The notes beneath the pieces are model-generated. The model was not told where the DNA came from and did no database searches. It worked only from the letters and a program-made list of their open reading frames with translations. Positions 1 through 9,018 of a stretch of 64,000 nt of DNA are shown here, in pieces; positions within the stretch are counted from its first letter, which is position 1; each line of letters begins with the position of its first letter. The stretch covers positions 44,256 to 108,255 of the forward strand of contig JBNLDM010000117.1 of the NCBI GenBank assembly GCA_050304335.1. The letters run 5' to 3'. The stretch comes from Pontiella sp. (GTDB lineage: Bacteria; Verrucomicrobiota; Kiritimatiellia; Kiritimatiellales; Pontiellaceae). A program made the translations under genes and the position numbers.

Positions 1-2129
1 TCCTGCGGGGCCGTCTTGATGGTGCTGAGATCACGCACGCCGGTCAGGCTCATGTAGAGCGTGCGGGGAATCGGCGTGGCCGACATGGTGATGACATCCA
101 CCTGCCTGCGCAGTTCCTTCAGGTGTTCCTTGGCTTCCACACCGAAGCGCTGCTCTTCATCGATGACGACCAACCCGAGATTCCTGAAGCGAACATCGTT
201 CGACAGCAGCCGGTGGGTTCCGATCAGGATGTCGACCTCGCCCCCGGCAGTGTTGAGCAGCGTTTTGTTCTGCTGGCCACGGGTTCGGAAACGGCTGACC
301 ATGTCAATGCGGACGGGGAAGGCGGCCATGCGTTCGGTGAAGGTGTCGTAATGCTGCTGCGCCAGCACGGTGGTCGGTACAAGCAGGGCCACCTGCATGC
401 CGTCCATCACCGCCTTGAATGCCGCGCGCATGGCCACCTCGGTTTTTCCGAAGCCCACATCGCCGCACAGCAGCCGGTCCATGGGGCGTGTCTTTTCCAT
501 ATCCTGCTTTAGCTCATTGCTCGCGGAGAGCTGGTCGGCGGTCTCCGTATAGGGGAAGGCCGCCTCGAACTCGGCCTGCAGGGCGGTGTCCTTGGAAAAC
601 CTGAATCCCCGCCGGGCCTGCCGTTCCGCCTGCGTCTGCAGCAGCTTGGCTGCCAGATCCTGGACGGCTTCCTGTGCGCTCTCCTTGTCGTTGCGCCATT
701 TGCGGCCGCCGAGCGTATGCGGTTTCGGGGTTTGTTTGCCCATGCCCTTGTAGCGGGTCAGCAGATGCGCCTGGGTAACAGGGAGGTAGACCTTTTCGCC
801 CTTGGCATATTCGATCGCCAGCACCTCCATGCTGCGGCCGCTGAACGAGGTTTCCACGATGCCGAGATACCTGCCCACGCCGTGTTCGACGTGTACGACG
901 AAGTCGCCCGGCTGGATGTCGGCTGCTTCGGATACGCGTTCCTGCCTTCGGAAGCGTCGGGCGGTGCGGGCATGGGCGCTGCGGTTGGTGTGATAGGCAT
1001 AGAAATCGCTCTCGGTGACGATCAGGATTTTTCGGGCATGATCAATGGCGCTTTCGTGCAGAACCCCATGATGGAGCTGCAAGGCATCCAGACCGGCGAT
1101 TCCTTCATAGAGTTCGCGGAAACGAGCCATTGTCCCGCGGGTCTCGAAGAAAAAATGGATATTCCAGCCAGCGGCCGTATCGGTGCAGCGTTGTTCGACA
1201 AAGCGCGCCCGGGCCTGTTCCGCGACTTTCGGATGCAGATCAAACGAGACGGCCTGAAGGCCGGTGTCGTAGAACTCGAAGCCGGTCATGAGCATGCCGG
1301 GCGCAGAGTGCGTGGCGCATAGCAGGCCCTCTTCTTCCGCTAGGCGCCGTGTCTCAGGCCCAATGCTCATTATCAGGGTGTTCGGAGGAAGCAGATCCAT
1401 GAGCATGCACGTTTCATCTCCTGCAAAACCGAAGTCGAGCTGGGGAATCTGAATGGAGTCTATTTTCTCGACCGAGCACTGGGTCTGATCATCGAAATAA
1501 CGGATGGAGTCGATCTCGTTGCCGAAGAACTCGATTCGGACGGGGCGGGGCACACCCGGCGGCCAGCAGTCGAGGATGCCGCCGCGAAGGGCGGCTTCGC
1601 CCTGGGAATAGACTTCTACGCCGAAGTCATAGCCGGCATCCGACATCCATGCAGTCAGCGCATCAAGTGCATGCTGTTCACCAGGATGCAGCGTACGTAC
1701 TGCATCCGCCGATTTGACAGAGGCCGGAACCTCCTGCTCCATGGCTTGCGGGCACGAAACAATAATATACGGTTTCCCGTCTGCGAGATGCTGCACCAGC
1801 TTCAGGTGTTCACCGAAAACGGCGGGATCCCTTTCCATGGGCTGGAAAAGCAACGGGTATGGCGGGGTATCACTCCCCTCAGCGGACAGATGGGGACTGC
1901 CGCTCCTGCCTGCGGCAAGCGTTCGAAGCGATTCATGCAGCCGCTCCATCTCGCGGACATCAGTGGCGACCCAGAGCACGTTGGTTTTCGTCTGCTGGAA
2001 AATATCGAGACACAGCAGGGCCTGGGCGCTCACCGGGGCGTCGGCGACCTTCGCCGTGCCTGCGGCAACGCCTTTCAGCACCGCCCCGTCTACCCGGAGG
2101 GTGCTGTTGGTGCCGATTGGATCTGTCAT
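1..2129 (-). CDS. mfd: Transcription-repair coupling factor Mfd (5' part; runs off the left window edge)
   Basis: Manual minus-strand translation from the ATG at 2129 gives the Mfd/RecG helicase motifs GDVGFGKTEVA, IIDEEQRFGV and TMSATPIPRTLYMSLTGVRDLS, plus the CarD-like VVHVEHGVGRY. Absent from the ORF track because it has no stop in the window. Confidence 0.95.
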   Translation of the reverse strand, partial: MTDPIGTNSTLRVDGAVLKGVAAGTAKVADAPVSAQALLCLDIFQQTKTNVLWVATDVREMERLHESLRTLAAGRSGSPHLSAEGSDTPPYPLLFQPMERDPAVFGEHLKLVQHLADGKPYIIVSCPQAMEQEVPASVKSADAVRTLHPGEQHALDALTAWMSDAGYDFGVEVYSQGEAALRGGILDCWPPGVPRPVRIEFFGNEIDSIRYFDDQTQCSVEKIDSIQIPQLDFGFAGDETCMLMDLLPPNTLIMSIGPETRRLAEEEGLLCATHSAPGMLMTGFEFYDTGLQAVSFDLHPKVAEQARARFVEQRCTDTAAGWNIHFFFETRGTMARFRELYEGIAGLDALQLHHGVLHESAIDHARKILIVTESDFYAYHTNRSAHARTARRFRRQERVSEAADIQPGDFVVHVEHGVGRYLGIVETSFSGRSMEVLAIEYAKGEKVYLPVTQAHLLTRYKGMGKQTPKPHTLGGRKWRNDKESAQEAVQDLAAKLLQTQAERQARRGFRFSKDTALQAEFEAAFPYTETADQLSASNELKQDMEKTRPMDRLLCGDVGFGKTEVAMRAAFKAVMDGMQVALLVPTTVLAQQHYDTFTERMAAFPVRIDMVSRFRTRGQQNKTLLNTAGGEVDILIGTHRLLSNDVRFRNLGLVVIDEEQRFGVEAKEHLKELRRQVDVITMSATPIPRTLYMSLTGVRDLSTIKTAPQ

Positions 2130-2241
2130 GCCGAAAAAATAGGGAATTGCTCGAAATGTGGCAATGGATTTAACGTGGATGCTGGACTTTGAATGCGCGG
2201 ACGTTATTATTCACCCTTCATTGGGAAAGGGATGGGTGAAC

Positions 2242-3327
2242 ATGTCGGACGAAATGAAACTGAGTGATATTTCGTGGAAGGATTTCAAGGCGCTTTCACT
2301 GAAGGAAAAGGGCCTCTATTTCCAGTCAAAACCGCAGCACACGCTGATCGCGCAGCAGTTTTCACGCATGCAGCTGGAGAAGCTGTGTACGTTGGCGACG
2401 CGCATTAAACGGATCAACAAGCGGCGGGTAGGCGCAAACTTCCTGAAGACGCTGTTGTCCGATAAGCGGGCCATGCTCTACTTTGCGCAGCCGTCGTCAC
2501 GCACCTACCTGTCCCATAATGCCGCCTGCCAGATTCTCGGGCTGGACACCATGGATGTGCGCGATACGAAGACCTCAAGCGAGGTGAAAGGGGAATCGCC
2601 TGAGGATACGCTGCGAACCTTCAGTTCATACGTCGACATGATCATCATGCGTCATCCGGTCGGAGGCTTTGCCGAGCGCGTGGCCTGGATGCTGGCGCAC
2701 ACGAACCGTGAAATTCCCGTGTTGAATGCCGGTTCCGGCGCGGACCAGCATCCGACACAGGCGCTGCTCGATGTCTACACACTGGCACGCAGTTTTGAGG
2801 AGATAGGCGGTCTCGACGGGAAAAGCGTGGTGTTCGTAGGGGATCTGCTGCGGGGCAGGACGGTGCGCTCCCTGGCCTGGATGCTGTCGCTCTATAAGAA
2901 TATGACGTTGTACTTCGTGGCTCCGGACCAGTTGCAGATCGGTCAGGACATCCTTGATCTGCTGGACCAGGCGGGAACGAAGTATGTGCTTACCAAGGAT
3001 TTCGCATCGGTCATGCCGATTGCGGACGCGATCTACATGACGCGCATCCAGGACGAATGGGATGCGGACGGACAGACCAGTACCACCGATGCGTCGGAAT
3101 TCTGGATCGGGGCGGAACACATGAACATCATCAAGGATACGGCGGTGATCATGCATCCCATGCCGCGCCGCAAGGAACTCAGCACGGAAATCGACAACGA
3201 GTCGCGCGCCGTCTACTGGCGCCAGATGCGTAACGGCATGTGGATTCGCGCGGCCTTGATTCTTTCCACCTTCGGGCGGGCGGACGAGGTCCATCAATAC
3301 TACGACGACTATAAGCCTGGAATGTGA
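2242..3327 (+). CDS. pyrB: Aspartate carbamoyltransferase catalytic subunit
   Basis: PSSRT, KGES, RHP, NAGSG..QHPTQALLD, GDL..GRTVRS, TRIQ and HPMPR motifs; ATG 2242 chosen as start. Confidence 0.85.
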   Translation: MSDEMKLSDISWKDFKALSLKEKGLYFQSKPQHTLIAQQFSRMQLEKLCTLATRIKRINKRRVGANFLKTLLSDKRAMLYFAQPSSRTYLSHNAACQILGLDTMDVRDTKTSSEVKGESPEDTLRTFSSYVDMIIMRHPVGGFAERVAWMLAHTNREIPVLNAGSGADQHPTQALLDVYTLARSFEEIGGLDGKSVVFVGDLLRGRTVRSLAWMLSLYKNMTLYFVAPDQLQIGQDILDLLDQAGTKYVLTKDFASVMPIADAIYMTRIQDEWDADGQTSTTDASEFWIGAEHMNIIKDTAVIMHPMPRRKELSTEIDNESRAVYWRQMRNGMWIRAALILSTFGRADEVHQYYDDYKPGM

Positions 3328-3396
3328 AAAGTGAACTGTGAAACGTGACTGGGAAATCGCGTTTCACGCTTCAATCGTCACGTTTCAATCATCACA
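3323..3396. repeat. 7-bp-period mirror (palindromic) repeat element
   Basis: TGTGAAA AGTGAAC TGTGAAA CGTGACT, an 11-nt spacer, then TTTCACG CTTCAAT CGTCACG TTTCAAT CATCACA. Confidence 0.8.
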
Positions 3397-3406
3397 AGGA
3401 AAAAAC

Positions 3407-4339
3407 ATGGAACACCTGATTTCATTAAAGGATTGGAGTCCGGATAAAATCCGGCAGGTACTTGATCTGGCCAGGGACGTAAAGTCCCGCCCCGAGAAGT
3501 ATCATAATGCCATGACGCACAAGACGCTGCTGATGATCTTTGAAAAGCCGAGCCTGCGCACACGCCTTTCATTCGAGGCGGGCATGAGCCAGATGGGGGG
3601 GCACGCGATTTACTATCATACCGGTACCTCGCCCATGGGCAGTGGAAAGGAGACGATCAGCGATTCCGTCAAGACGGCATCCAGATTCGTGGATGTCATC
3701 ATGGCGCGTCTGTTCAAACACCAGGACCTGCTGGAAATGGCGGACTACGCCACAGTGCCCGTTATCAACGCACTGACCGACGACAGCCATCCCTGCCAGA
3801 TTCTCGCCGACCTGCAGGCCATCGAGGAGAAGAAGGGGAATCCGGCCGGTCTGAAGCTGGCGTATCTCGGGGACGGCTTCAACAACGTCACCCATTCGCT
3901 GATGTTCGGCGGCGTCAAGATGGGGATGCACGTGAGCGTGGGCTCGCCGGCCGGCGAGGATTTTTCGCCGCGTGCCGATGTGGTAGCCGACTGTGAACGC
4001 TTCGGCCAGGAATCGGGCGGTTCCGTTTTTGTTTCCGACGATCCGGTCGAAGCCATCAGGGATGCCGACGTGGTTTATACCGATTCGTGGATGAGCTACC
4101 ATATTCCGAAGGATCAGGAAGAGGAGCGCATTGCCAAATTCATGCCGTATCAGGTAAATGCCGAACTGATGGCGCATGCCAAACCGGATGCCATTTTCAT
4201 GAACTGCCTGCCGGCCATCCGCGGCTGCGAACAGACGGCCGAGGTGATCGACGGTCCGCAGTCGATCGTTTTCGACGAGGCGGAAAACCGGCTGCACGCC
4301 CAGAAAGCGGTGATCCTTACGTTGTGCAACGCGGTGTAG
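3407..4339 (+). CDS. argF: Ornithine carbamoyltransferase
   Basis: FEKPSLRT, HPCQILAD, YTDSWMS, NCLPA and EAENRLH motifs; AAGGA RBS upstream of ATG 3407. Confidence 0.9.
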   Translation: MEHLISLKDWSPDKIRQVLDLARDVKSRPEKYHNAMTHKTLLMIFEKPSLRTRLSFEAGMSQMGGHAIYYHTGTSPMGSGKETISDSVKTASRFVDVIMARLFKHQDLLEMADYATVPVINALTDDSHPCQILADLQAIEEKKGNPAGLKLAYLGDGFNNVTHSLMFGGVKMGMHVSVGSPAGEDFSPRADVVADCERFGQESGGSVFVSDDPVEAIRDADVVYTDSWMSYHIPKDQEEERIAKFMPYQVNAELMAHAKPDAIFMNCLPAIRGCEQTAEVIDGPQSIVFDEAENRLHAQKAVILTLCNAV

Positions 4340-4380
4340 ACCGCACGGCTGCGACCAGGTTTCTGAGAGATAGGGATATC

Positions 4381-5022
4381 ATGAAACTTAGGGAATACAG
4401 CGCTTTCATATTTGACCTGGATGGAACACTGATCGATTCGGAGCGGTATCATGCGCAGGCGTTTGCCGATGCAGTGCTGGCCCAAAGCGGGTATCGGATC
4501 ACGCCGGATGAGCATCGCGAGTTCTTCAGTAAACACAGTACCTGGTTTGCATCGGAGCTCAATGAACGTCACGGGCTATCGCTCGTGCCGGATGAGGTGC
4601 TGATGCATAAGCGCAGACGCATCCGGGAAATCTTCGAAGCCAGGCCGTTTGCCGGCGCACGCGAATTCCTGGATGCCTGGGCCGGGAAAAAGCGTATGGC
4701 GCTGGCGACTAATTCTCCCATGGAGTTTGTCGGCCCGGCGCTGGAGGAAGCTGGTTTAATGAAGTATTTCGAGTGTATCACCACGGCGGACGAGGTAATC
4801 AACCGCAAGCCGGATCCCGAGATGATCGAGCGTACGATCCAGAAGCTGGGTGTTGATCCGCTCAAGACTCTGGTGTTCGAAGACCAGCTCATCGGCGTGC
4901 AGGCCGCCCGCGGAGCCGGGGCCTGCGTCGTCGCTGTCGATAACGGCCAGAAAGTGGATTTTCCCGTGGATATCACGATCCATACCTGGAGTGAACTGAT
5001 GAACCTGACGCGGGATGATTGA
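4381..5022 (+). CDS. HAD family phosphatase (beta-PGM/YqaB-like)
   Basis: FDLDGTLIDSE, ATNS, KPDP and FEDQ..GV motifs. Confidence 0.85.
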   Translation: MKLREYSAFIFDLDGTLIDSERYHAQAFADAVLAQSGYRITPDEHREFFSKHSTWFASELNERHGLSLVPDEVLMHKRRRIREIFEARPFAGAREFLDAWAGKKRMALATNSPMEFVGPALEEAGLMKYFECITTADEVINRKPDPEMIERTIQKLGVDPLKTLVFEDQLIGVQAARGAGACVVAVDNGQKVDFPVDITIHTWSELMNLTRDD

Positions 5023-5657
5023 TGGATTCGCAGCTCTTGATCTTTGATCTTGATGGAACCCTGATTGATTCCCGTGCGGATCTCGCGGCTGGCATCAACC
5101 ATATGCGGGGCCATTACGGCATGGAACCGCTGCCCCTGGAAACCGTCGTCGGTTACATCGGAAACGGTGTGCGCCGGTTGGTTGAGGGTTCGCTCCAGGG
5201 AGCGGATGTGGATCTGGATGAAGCCATCGCCATCAACAAGTCGTACTATTATTCCCACCTGACCATACACACCAGGCTCTACGACGGCGTGGAGGAGGGG
5301 ATCCGGAAACTGGACGGAGCCGGGCATCAACTGGCCGTGCTGACCAATAAGCCGGGCGATCCCAGCCGTGATATCCTGCGTCACTTCGGCATTGCGGAAG
5401 CCTTCACGGCCATCATCGGAGGCGGGGATGTCGAAGGGCTCAAACCGCAACCTGATGGCATTTACAGATGCTGCGAGCTGTCCGGACTGGCACCGTCTAC
5501 TGCCTGGATGATAGGCGATCACTACACGGATCTGGCAGTGGCGGAAAATGCGGGTATCAGGAGCGCTTTTGTCCGTTACGGGTTCGGGGAGGAACGCGGA
5601 TACAAGCCGGACGTATATTTTGCTTCGTTTTCCGAACTGGTCGGGTACTTTGTCTGA
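5022..5657 (+). CDS. HAD hydrolase, phosphoglycolate phosphatase-like
   Basis: FDLDGTLIDS, LTNKP, KPQP and IGD..TD motifs; TGATG overlap with the upstream gene. Confidence 0.85.
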   Translation: MDSQLLIFDLDGTLIDSRADLAAGINHMRGHYGMEPLPLETVVGYIGNGVRRLVEGSLQGADVDLDEAIAINKSYYYSHLTIHTRLYDGVEEGIRKLDGAGHQLAVLTNKPGDPSRDILRHFGIAEAFTAIIGGGDVEGLKPQPDGIYRCCELSGLAPSTAWMIGDHYTDLAVAENAGIRSAFVRYGFGEERGYKPDVYFASFSELVGYFV

Positions 5658-5660
5658 GCT

Positions 5661-6410
5661 ATGAAGACATACTTTTCCGAAATATTCAGCTCGGTTCAGG
5701 GCGAAGGCCCCTATGTAGGCGAGCGTCATCTGTTTGTCCGGTTCTGCGGCTGCCACCGGGCCTGCGTCTTTTGCGATACGAACACGGACCGTACCGAAAC
5801 CGTCATGGTTGAATCGGATTCGGGTTCGGGAACGTTCGAGCAGATTCAAAATCCGCTCACAGTCGAGCAGGTCGTGGAGCTGATCCATAAGGTGGACCGG
5901 AAACGAACAAACCGGCGCATCTCCTTTACGGGCGGCGCGCCGCTGCTGCAGGCCCATTTTCTGCGTGAGCTGCTGCCGCACCTGTGTGCGGATGAATACA
6001 GCATCTATCTCGAAACCGCCGGCGATCTTCCGCAGCAGCTCAAGTCTATCATCGAGTGGATCGATGTCGTGGCCATGGATGTCAAGCTGTCCAGCGTCAC
6101 CAAGGAACCCAACACCTTCCCCGCCCACTGGCAGTTCCTTAAAACCTGCCGCGACTTCGATGTGGAGGTGTTTGTGAAGATGGTGCTTTCGTCTGAAACC
6201 CACGAAGGAGAACTGATGGAAGCCGTCAAGGGGATCAAGAAAGCAGGCGGCGTCGATACGCTGGTGGTGCTCCAGCCCATGACGAAAACATCGAAAACCG
6301 ATGCCGTGCCGAACGGTGAGCAGCTGCTTCGCTGGCAGGACAAGGTGGCCAGCGTGATGCCGAATGTCCGGGTGATTCCCCAGACCCACAAGATGATGGA
6401 AATGCTCTGA
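5661..6410 (+). CDS. queE: 7-carboxy-7-deazaguanine synthase (radical SAM)
   Basis: [24 protein letters not shown] (CxxxCxxC), YLET and PQTHK motifs; adjacent to queC and queD. Confidence 0.9.
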   Translation: MKTYFSEIFSSVQGEGPYVGERHLFVRFCGCHRACVFCDTNTDRTETVMVESDSGSGTFEQIQNPLTVEQVVELIHKVDRKRTNRRISFTGGAPLLQAHFLRELLPHLCADEYSIYLETAGDLPQQLKSIIEWIDVVAMDVKLSSVTKEPNTFPAHWQFLKTCRDFDVEVFVKMVLSSETHEGELMEAVKGIKKAGGVDTLVVLQPMTKTSKTDAVPNGEQLLRWQDKVASVMPNVRVIPQTHKMMEML

Positions 6411-7096
6411 TGGACGGACGCAAGAAAGCGGTGGTGCTGCTGAGCGGCGGGCTGGACTCGGCCACGGTGATGGCGATCGCCCGGGCGGAAGGGTTTGACA
6501 TCTATGCCATGTCCTTCCGCTATGGACAGCGACATGCCATCGAACTTGATTGCGCGACCCTGCAGGCTGCAGCGATGGCTGCGCAGCACCACGTGGTGGA
6601 GATCGACCTGCGTGCCTTTGGCGGTTCCGCGCTGACGGCGGACATCGATGTCCCGAAGCACGATGCCGTGGAGGAGTTGACTGAAGAGATCCCAGTTACC
6701 TACGTGCCCGCCCGCAACACGGTTTTTCTTTCCTATGCCCTGGCCTGGGCCGAAGTGCTTGGCGCAAACGACATCTTCATCGGGGTAAACGCGCTTGATT
6801 ATAGCGGCTACCCGGACTGCCGCCCTGAGTTTATTGAGGCCTTTGAGAAGGTGGCAAACCTCGCGACTGTCGCCGGTGTGAAAGGGCAGATACTGAAGAT
6901 ACACACCCCGCTGATCCGTCTGACCAAGGCCGAAATCATCAAACTGGGACTGGACCTGGGCGTCGATTACGCTAAGACCACCAGCTGTTACGATCCGGCT
7001 CCCGACGGACGTGCCTGCGGAAGGTGCGATTCGTGTTTGTTGCGGTTGAAAGGATTTAGAGAAGTTGGTCAAAGCGACCCGCGTGAATATGTGTGA
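6410..7096 (+). CDS. queC: 7-cyano-7-deazaguanine synthase
   Basis: [25 protein letters not shown] and CGRCDSC motifs. Confidence 0.97.
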   Translation: MDGRKKAVVLLSGGLDSATVMAIARAEGFDIYAMSFRYGQRHAIELDCATLQAAAMAAQHHVVEIDLRAFGGSALTADIDVPKHDAVEELTEEIPVTYVPARNTVFLSYALAWAEVLGANDIFIGVNALDYSGYPDCRPEFIEAFEKVANLATVAGVKGQILKIHTPLIRLTKAEIIKLGLDLGVDYAKTTSCYDPAPDGRACGRCDSCLLRLKGFREVGQSDPREYV

Positions 7097-7154
7097 CCTT
7101 ACTGCGTGTTACGTATTTCGTCTTGACTCATCTTCCGGACCGCAGAAGATCCAG

Positions 7155-7201
7155 GCAATAAGCAATAAGCAATAAGCAATAAGCAATAAGCAATAAGCAA
7201 T
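7155..7201 (+). repeat. Perfect heptamer tandem repeat (GCAATAA) x6 plus GCAAT
   Basis: Read directly at 7155-7201, ending 20 nt upstream of the queD ATG. Confidence 0.97.
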
Positions 7202-7221
7202 CGTAGTACGGAGTCCGATCC

Positions 7222-7587
7222 ATGCCGAAAATGAAGATCTACAAGGAGTTCAAGTTCGACTCGGCGCACTGGCTGCCCAATGTGCCGCCGGAGCACAAGT
7301 GCGCCAACATGCATGGCCACACCTATTACATCGAGATTCATGTCGAGGATGAGCTGGATCCCAAACTGGGCTGGGTGCTGGACTACAACGATCTCCGGAT
7401 AGTGGTCGAACCGCTCATCAGTCGATTGGACCACAAGGTATTGAACGAGATTGAAGGATTGGAAAATCCAACGGCCGAATTCATTGCGCTATGGTTCTGG
7501 AATGAGATAAAGCCGAAGCTTCAGCAACTCTGCCAGGTGGTGGTGAAGGAAAACCCTACCAATGTCTGCATCTATTCGGGCGGGTAG
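7222..7587 (+). CDS. queD: 6-carboxy-5,6,7,8-tetrahydropterin synthase
   Basis: FDSAHWL, HKCANMHGHTY, LDHKVLN and ENPTAE motifs. Confidence 0.95.
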   Translation: MPKMKIYKEFKFDSAHWLPNVPPEHKCANMHGHTYYIEIHVEDELDPKLGWVLDYNDLRIVVEPLISRLDHKVLNEIEGLENPTAEFIALWFWNEIKPKLQQLCQVVVKENPTNVCIYSGG

Positions 7588-7614
7588 GAACAATTGTTAT
7601 CGTGTAGCGGAAGG

Positions 7615-7666
7615 TGGAGGGACAGCGGCGTCGCCGTCCAAGGTCCCCGAGGCCGGCGACCCTCCA
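7615..7666. repeat. REP-like inverted doublet between the convergent queD and queF
   Basis: TGGAGGG...CCCTCCA terminal inverted repeat with internal GC hairpins. Confidence 0.55.
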
Positions 7667-7674
7667 TGCACAGG

Positions 7675-8091
7675 TCACGCTTCCGCTGAATCAATCTTCA
7701 CCGACGAGGTGATGCCGCCGCGTGCGGTAAAGTCCCCATTCACCACCAGCCTGCGCGGCTTGAGCTGTTCATGCAGATCGGTATAGATCCGGTTGACGAT
7801 TTCCTCATAGAACGTGCCCATCTGGCGGAAGGAGAACAGGTAGAGCTTGAGCGACTTGCTCTCCACGCACAGCTGGTCCGGGATGTAGTCGATGGTGATC
7901 GTTGCAAAGTCCGGTTGCCCGGTGATGGGGCAGAGGGACGTAAATTCCGACGTCTTAAACTGGATCCAGTAGTTGCGCTGCTGGTTGGCGTTTTCAAAGG
8001 TTTCCAGTTCAGCTTCATCGGGCGAGGTCGGATAGCGCGTTTCACCCTTCTTCAGCAGGGTCAGACCGGAATGTGTTGTTTCTTCGCTCAT
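7675..8091 (-). CDS. queF: NADPH-dependent preQ0 reductase (short type)
   Basis: EFTSLCPITGQPDFA, VESKSLKLYL and RGGI motifs. Confidence 0.95.
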   Translation of the reverse strand: MSEETTHSGLTLLKKGETRYPTSPDEAELETFENANQQRNYWIQFKTSEFTSLCPITGQPDFATITIDYIPDQLCVESKSLKLYLFSFRQMGTFYEEIVNRIYTDLHEQLKPRRLVVNGDFTARGGITSSVKIDSAEA

Positions 8092-8101
8092 GGCTGTATC
8101 C

Positions 8102-8917
8102 TTATTTGACCTGGTCGATCGCCACCAGTTTTTTCCATAATGCTGACATCTGATTCAATGGAATCATGTTGGGCCCATCCGACAAGGCATTGGCCGGATC
8201 GGGGTGGGTTTCAATAAACAGGCCGTCAATGCCAACGGCGGTAGCCGCCTTGGCGAGGTAGGGGGCAAACCGGCCATCTCCGCCGGATGAGTCGCCCTGG
8301 CCACCGGGCGACTGCACGGAATGGGTAGCATCGAAGATCACGGGATAACCCAGTTCACGCATGATGATCAGGCTGCGCATATCGGCCACCAGTGTATTGT
8401 AGCCGAAGGATGCGCCGCGTTCGGTGAGCAGGATCTTCCTGTTGCCGGTTTCCTCGATTTTCCTGACCACGTTTTTCATGTCCCAGGGCGCGGCAAACTG
8501 CGCCTTCTTGACGTTCACCACTGCACCGCTCTCGCCGGCGGCCACAACCAGATCCGTTTGGCGAATGAGAAAGGCGGGCAGCTGGATGATGTCCACCACT
8601 TTCGAGGCAATGTGTATTTCCTCGATGCTGTGCACATCCGTCAACACAGGTACGTTGTATTTTTCCCGGATCTCGGCCAGGATTTCCAGTCCCTTTGAAA
8701 TACCGGGGCCGCGATAGGAGTTGATCGAGGTCCGGTTGGCCTTGTCATATGACGCCTTGAAGATGTAGGGGATGTTCTGTTTTTTCGCCAGTTTTACCAT
8801 CCTGTCGGCAATCGCCATGCAGCTTTCGCGGCTTTCGATCACGCATGGCCCGGCAATCAGCGCCAGCGGGTTTTGCCCGCCGAACTTCACGCCGCTAACG
8901 TTAACTGTCTTTGTCAT
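8102..8917 (-). CDS. kdsA: KDO-8-phosphate synthase
   Basis: IAGPCVIES, KASYDKANRTS, ERG..FGYN, FDATHSVQ and SDGPN motifs. Confidence 0.97.
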   Translation of the reverse strand: MTKTVNVSGVKFGGQNPLALIAGPCVIESRESCMAIADRMVKLAKKQNIPYIFKASYDKANRTSINSYRGPGISKGLEILAEIREKYNVPVLTDVHSIEEIHIASKVVDIIQLPAFLIRQTDLVVAAGESGAVVNVKKAQFAAPWDMKNVVRKIEETGNRKILLTERGASFGYNTLVADMRSLIIMRELGYPVIFDATHSVQSPGGQGDSSGGDGRFAPYLAKAATAVGIDGLFIETHPDPANALSDGPNMIPLNQMSALWKKLVAIDQVK

Positions 8918-8946
8918 AACGATGTCCTGTATGCATACGATTTATT

Positions 8947-9018
8947 TAACCACAAAATGCGCAAAGCTCGCAAAGGATGAGATTTGGGATTTCGTGCTGC
9001 AAGAGTATATTGTGGTTA
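8947..9018. repeat. 9-bp-period mirror repeat element
   Basis: TAACCACAA...TTGTGGTTA termini; units CACAAAATG CGCAAAGCT CGCAAAGGA; contains the kdsB stop. Confidence 0.7.

Noticed and set aside
4569-6389. Long antisense ORFs (this one and e.g. 30279-31976, 45480-47558, 60885-63077)
   Set aside because: They lie opposite well-supported genes, have no motifs, and are expected in high-GC coding DNA
7097-7221. preQ1 riboswitch upstream of queD
   Set aside because: No class I stem with an A-rich pseudoknot tail is recognisable; the region is explained by the heptamer element
7099-7434. Minus-strand ORF with LLIAYC repeats
   Set aside because: Antisense shadow of queD plus translation of the GCAATAA array
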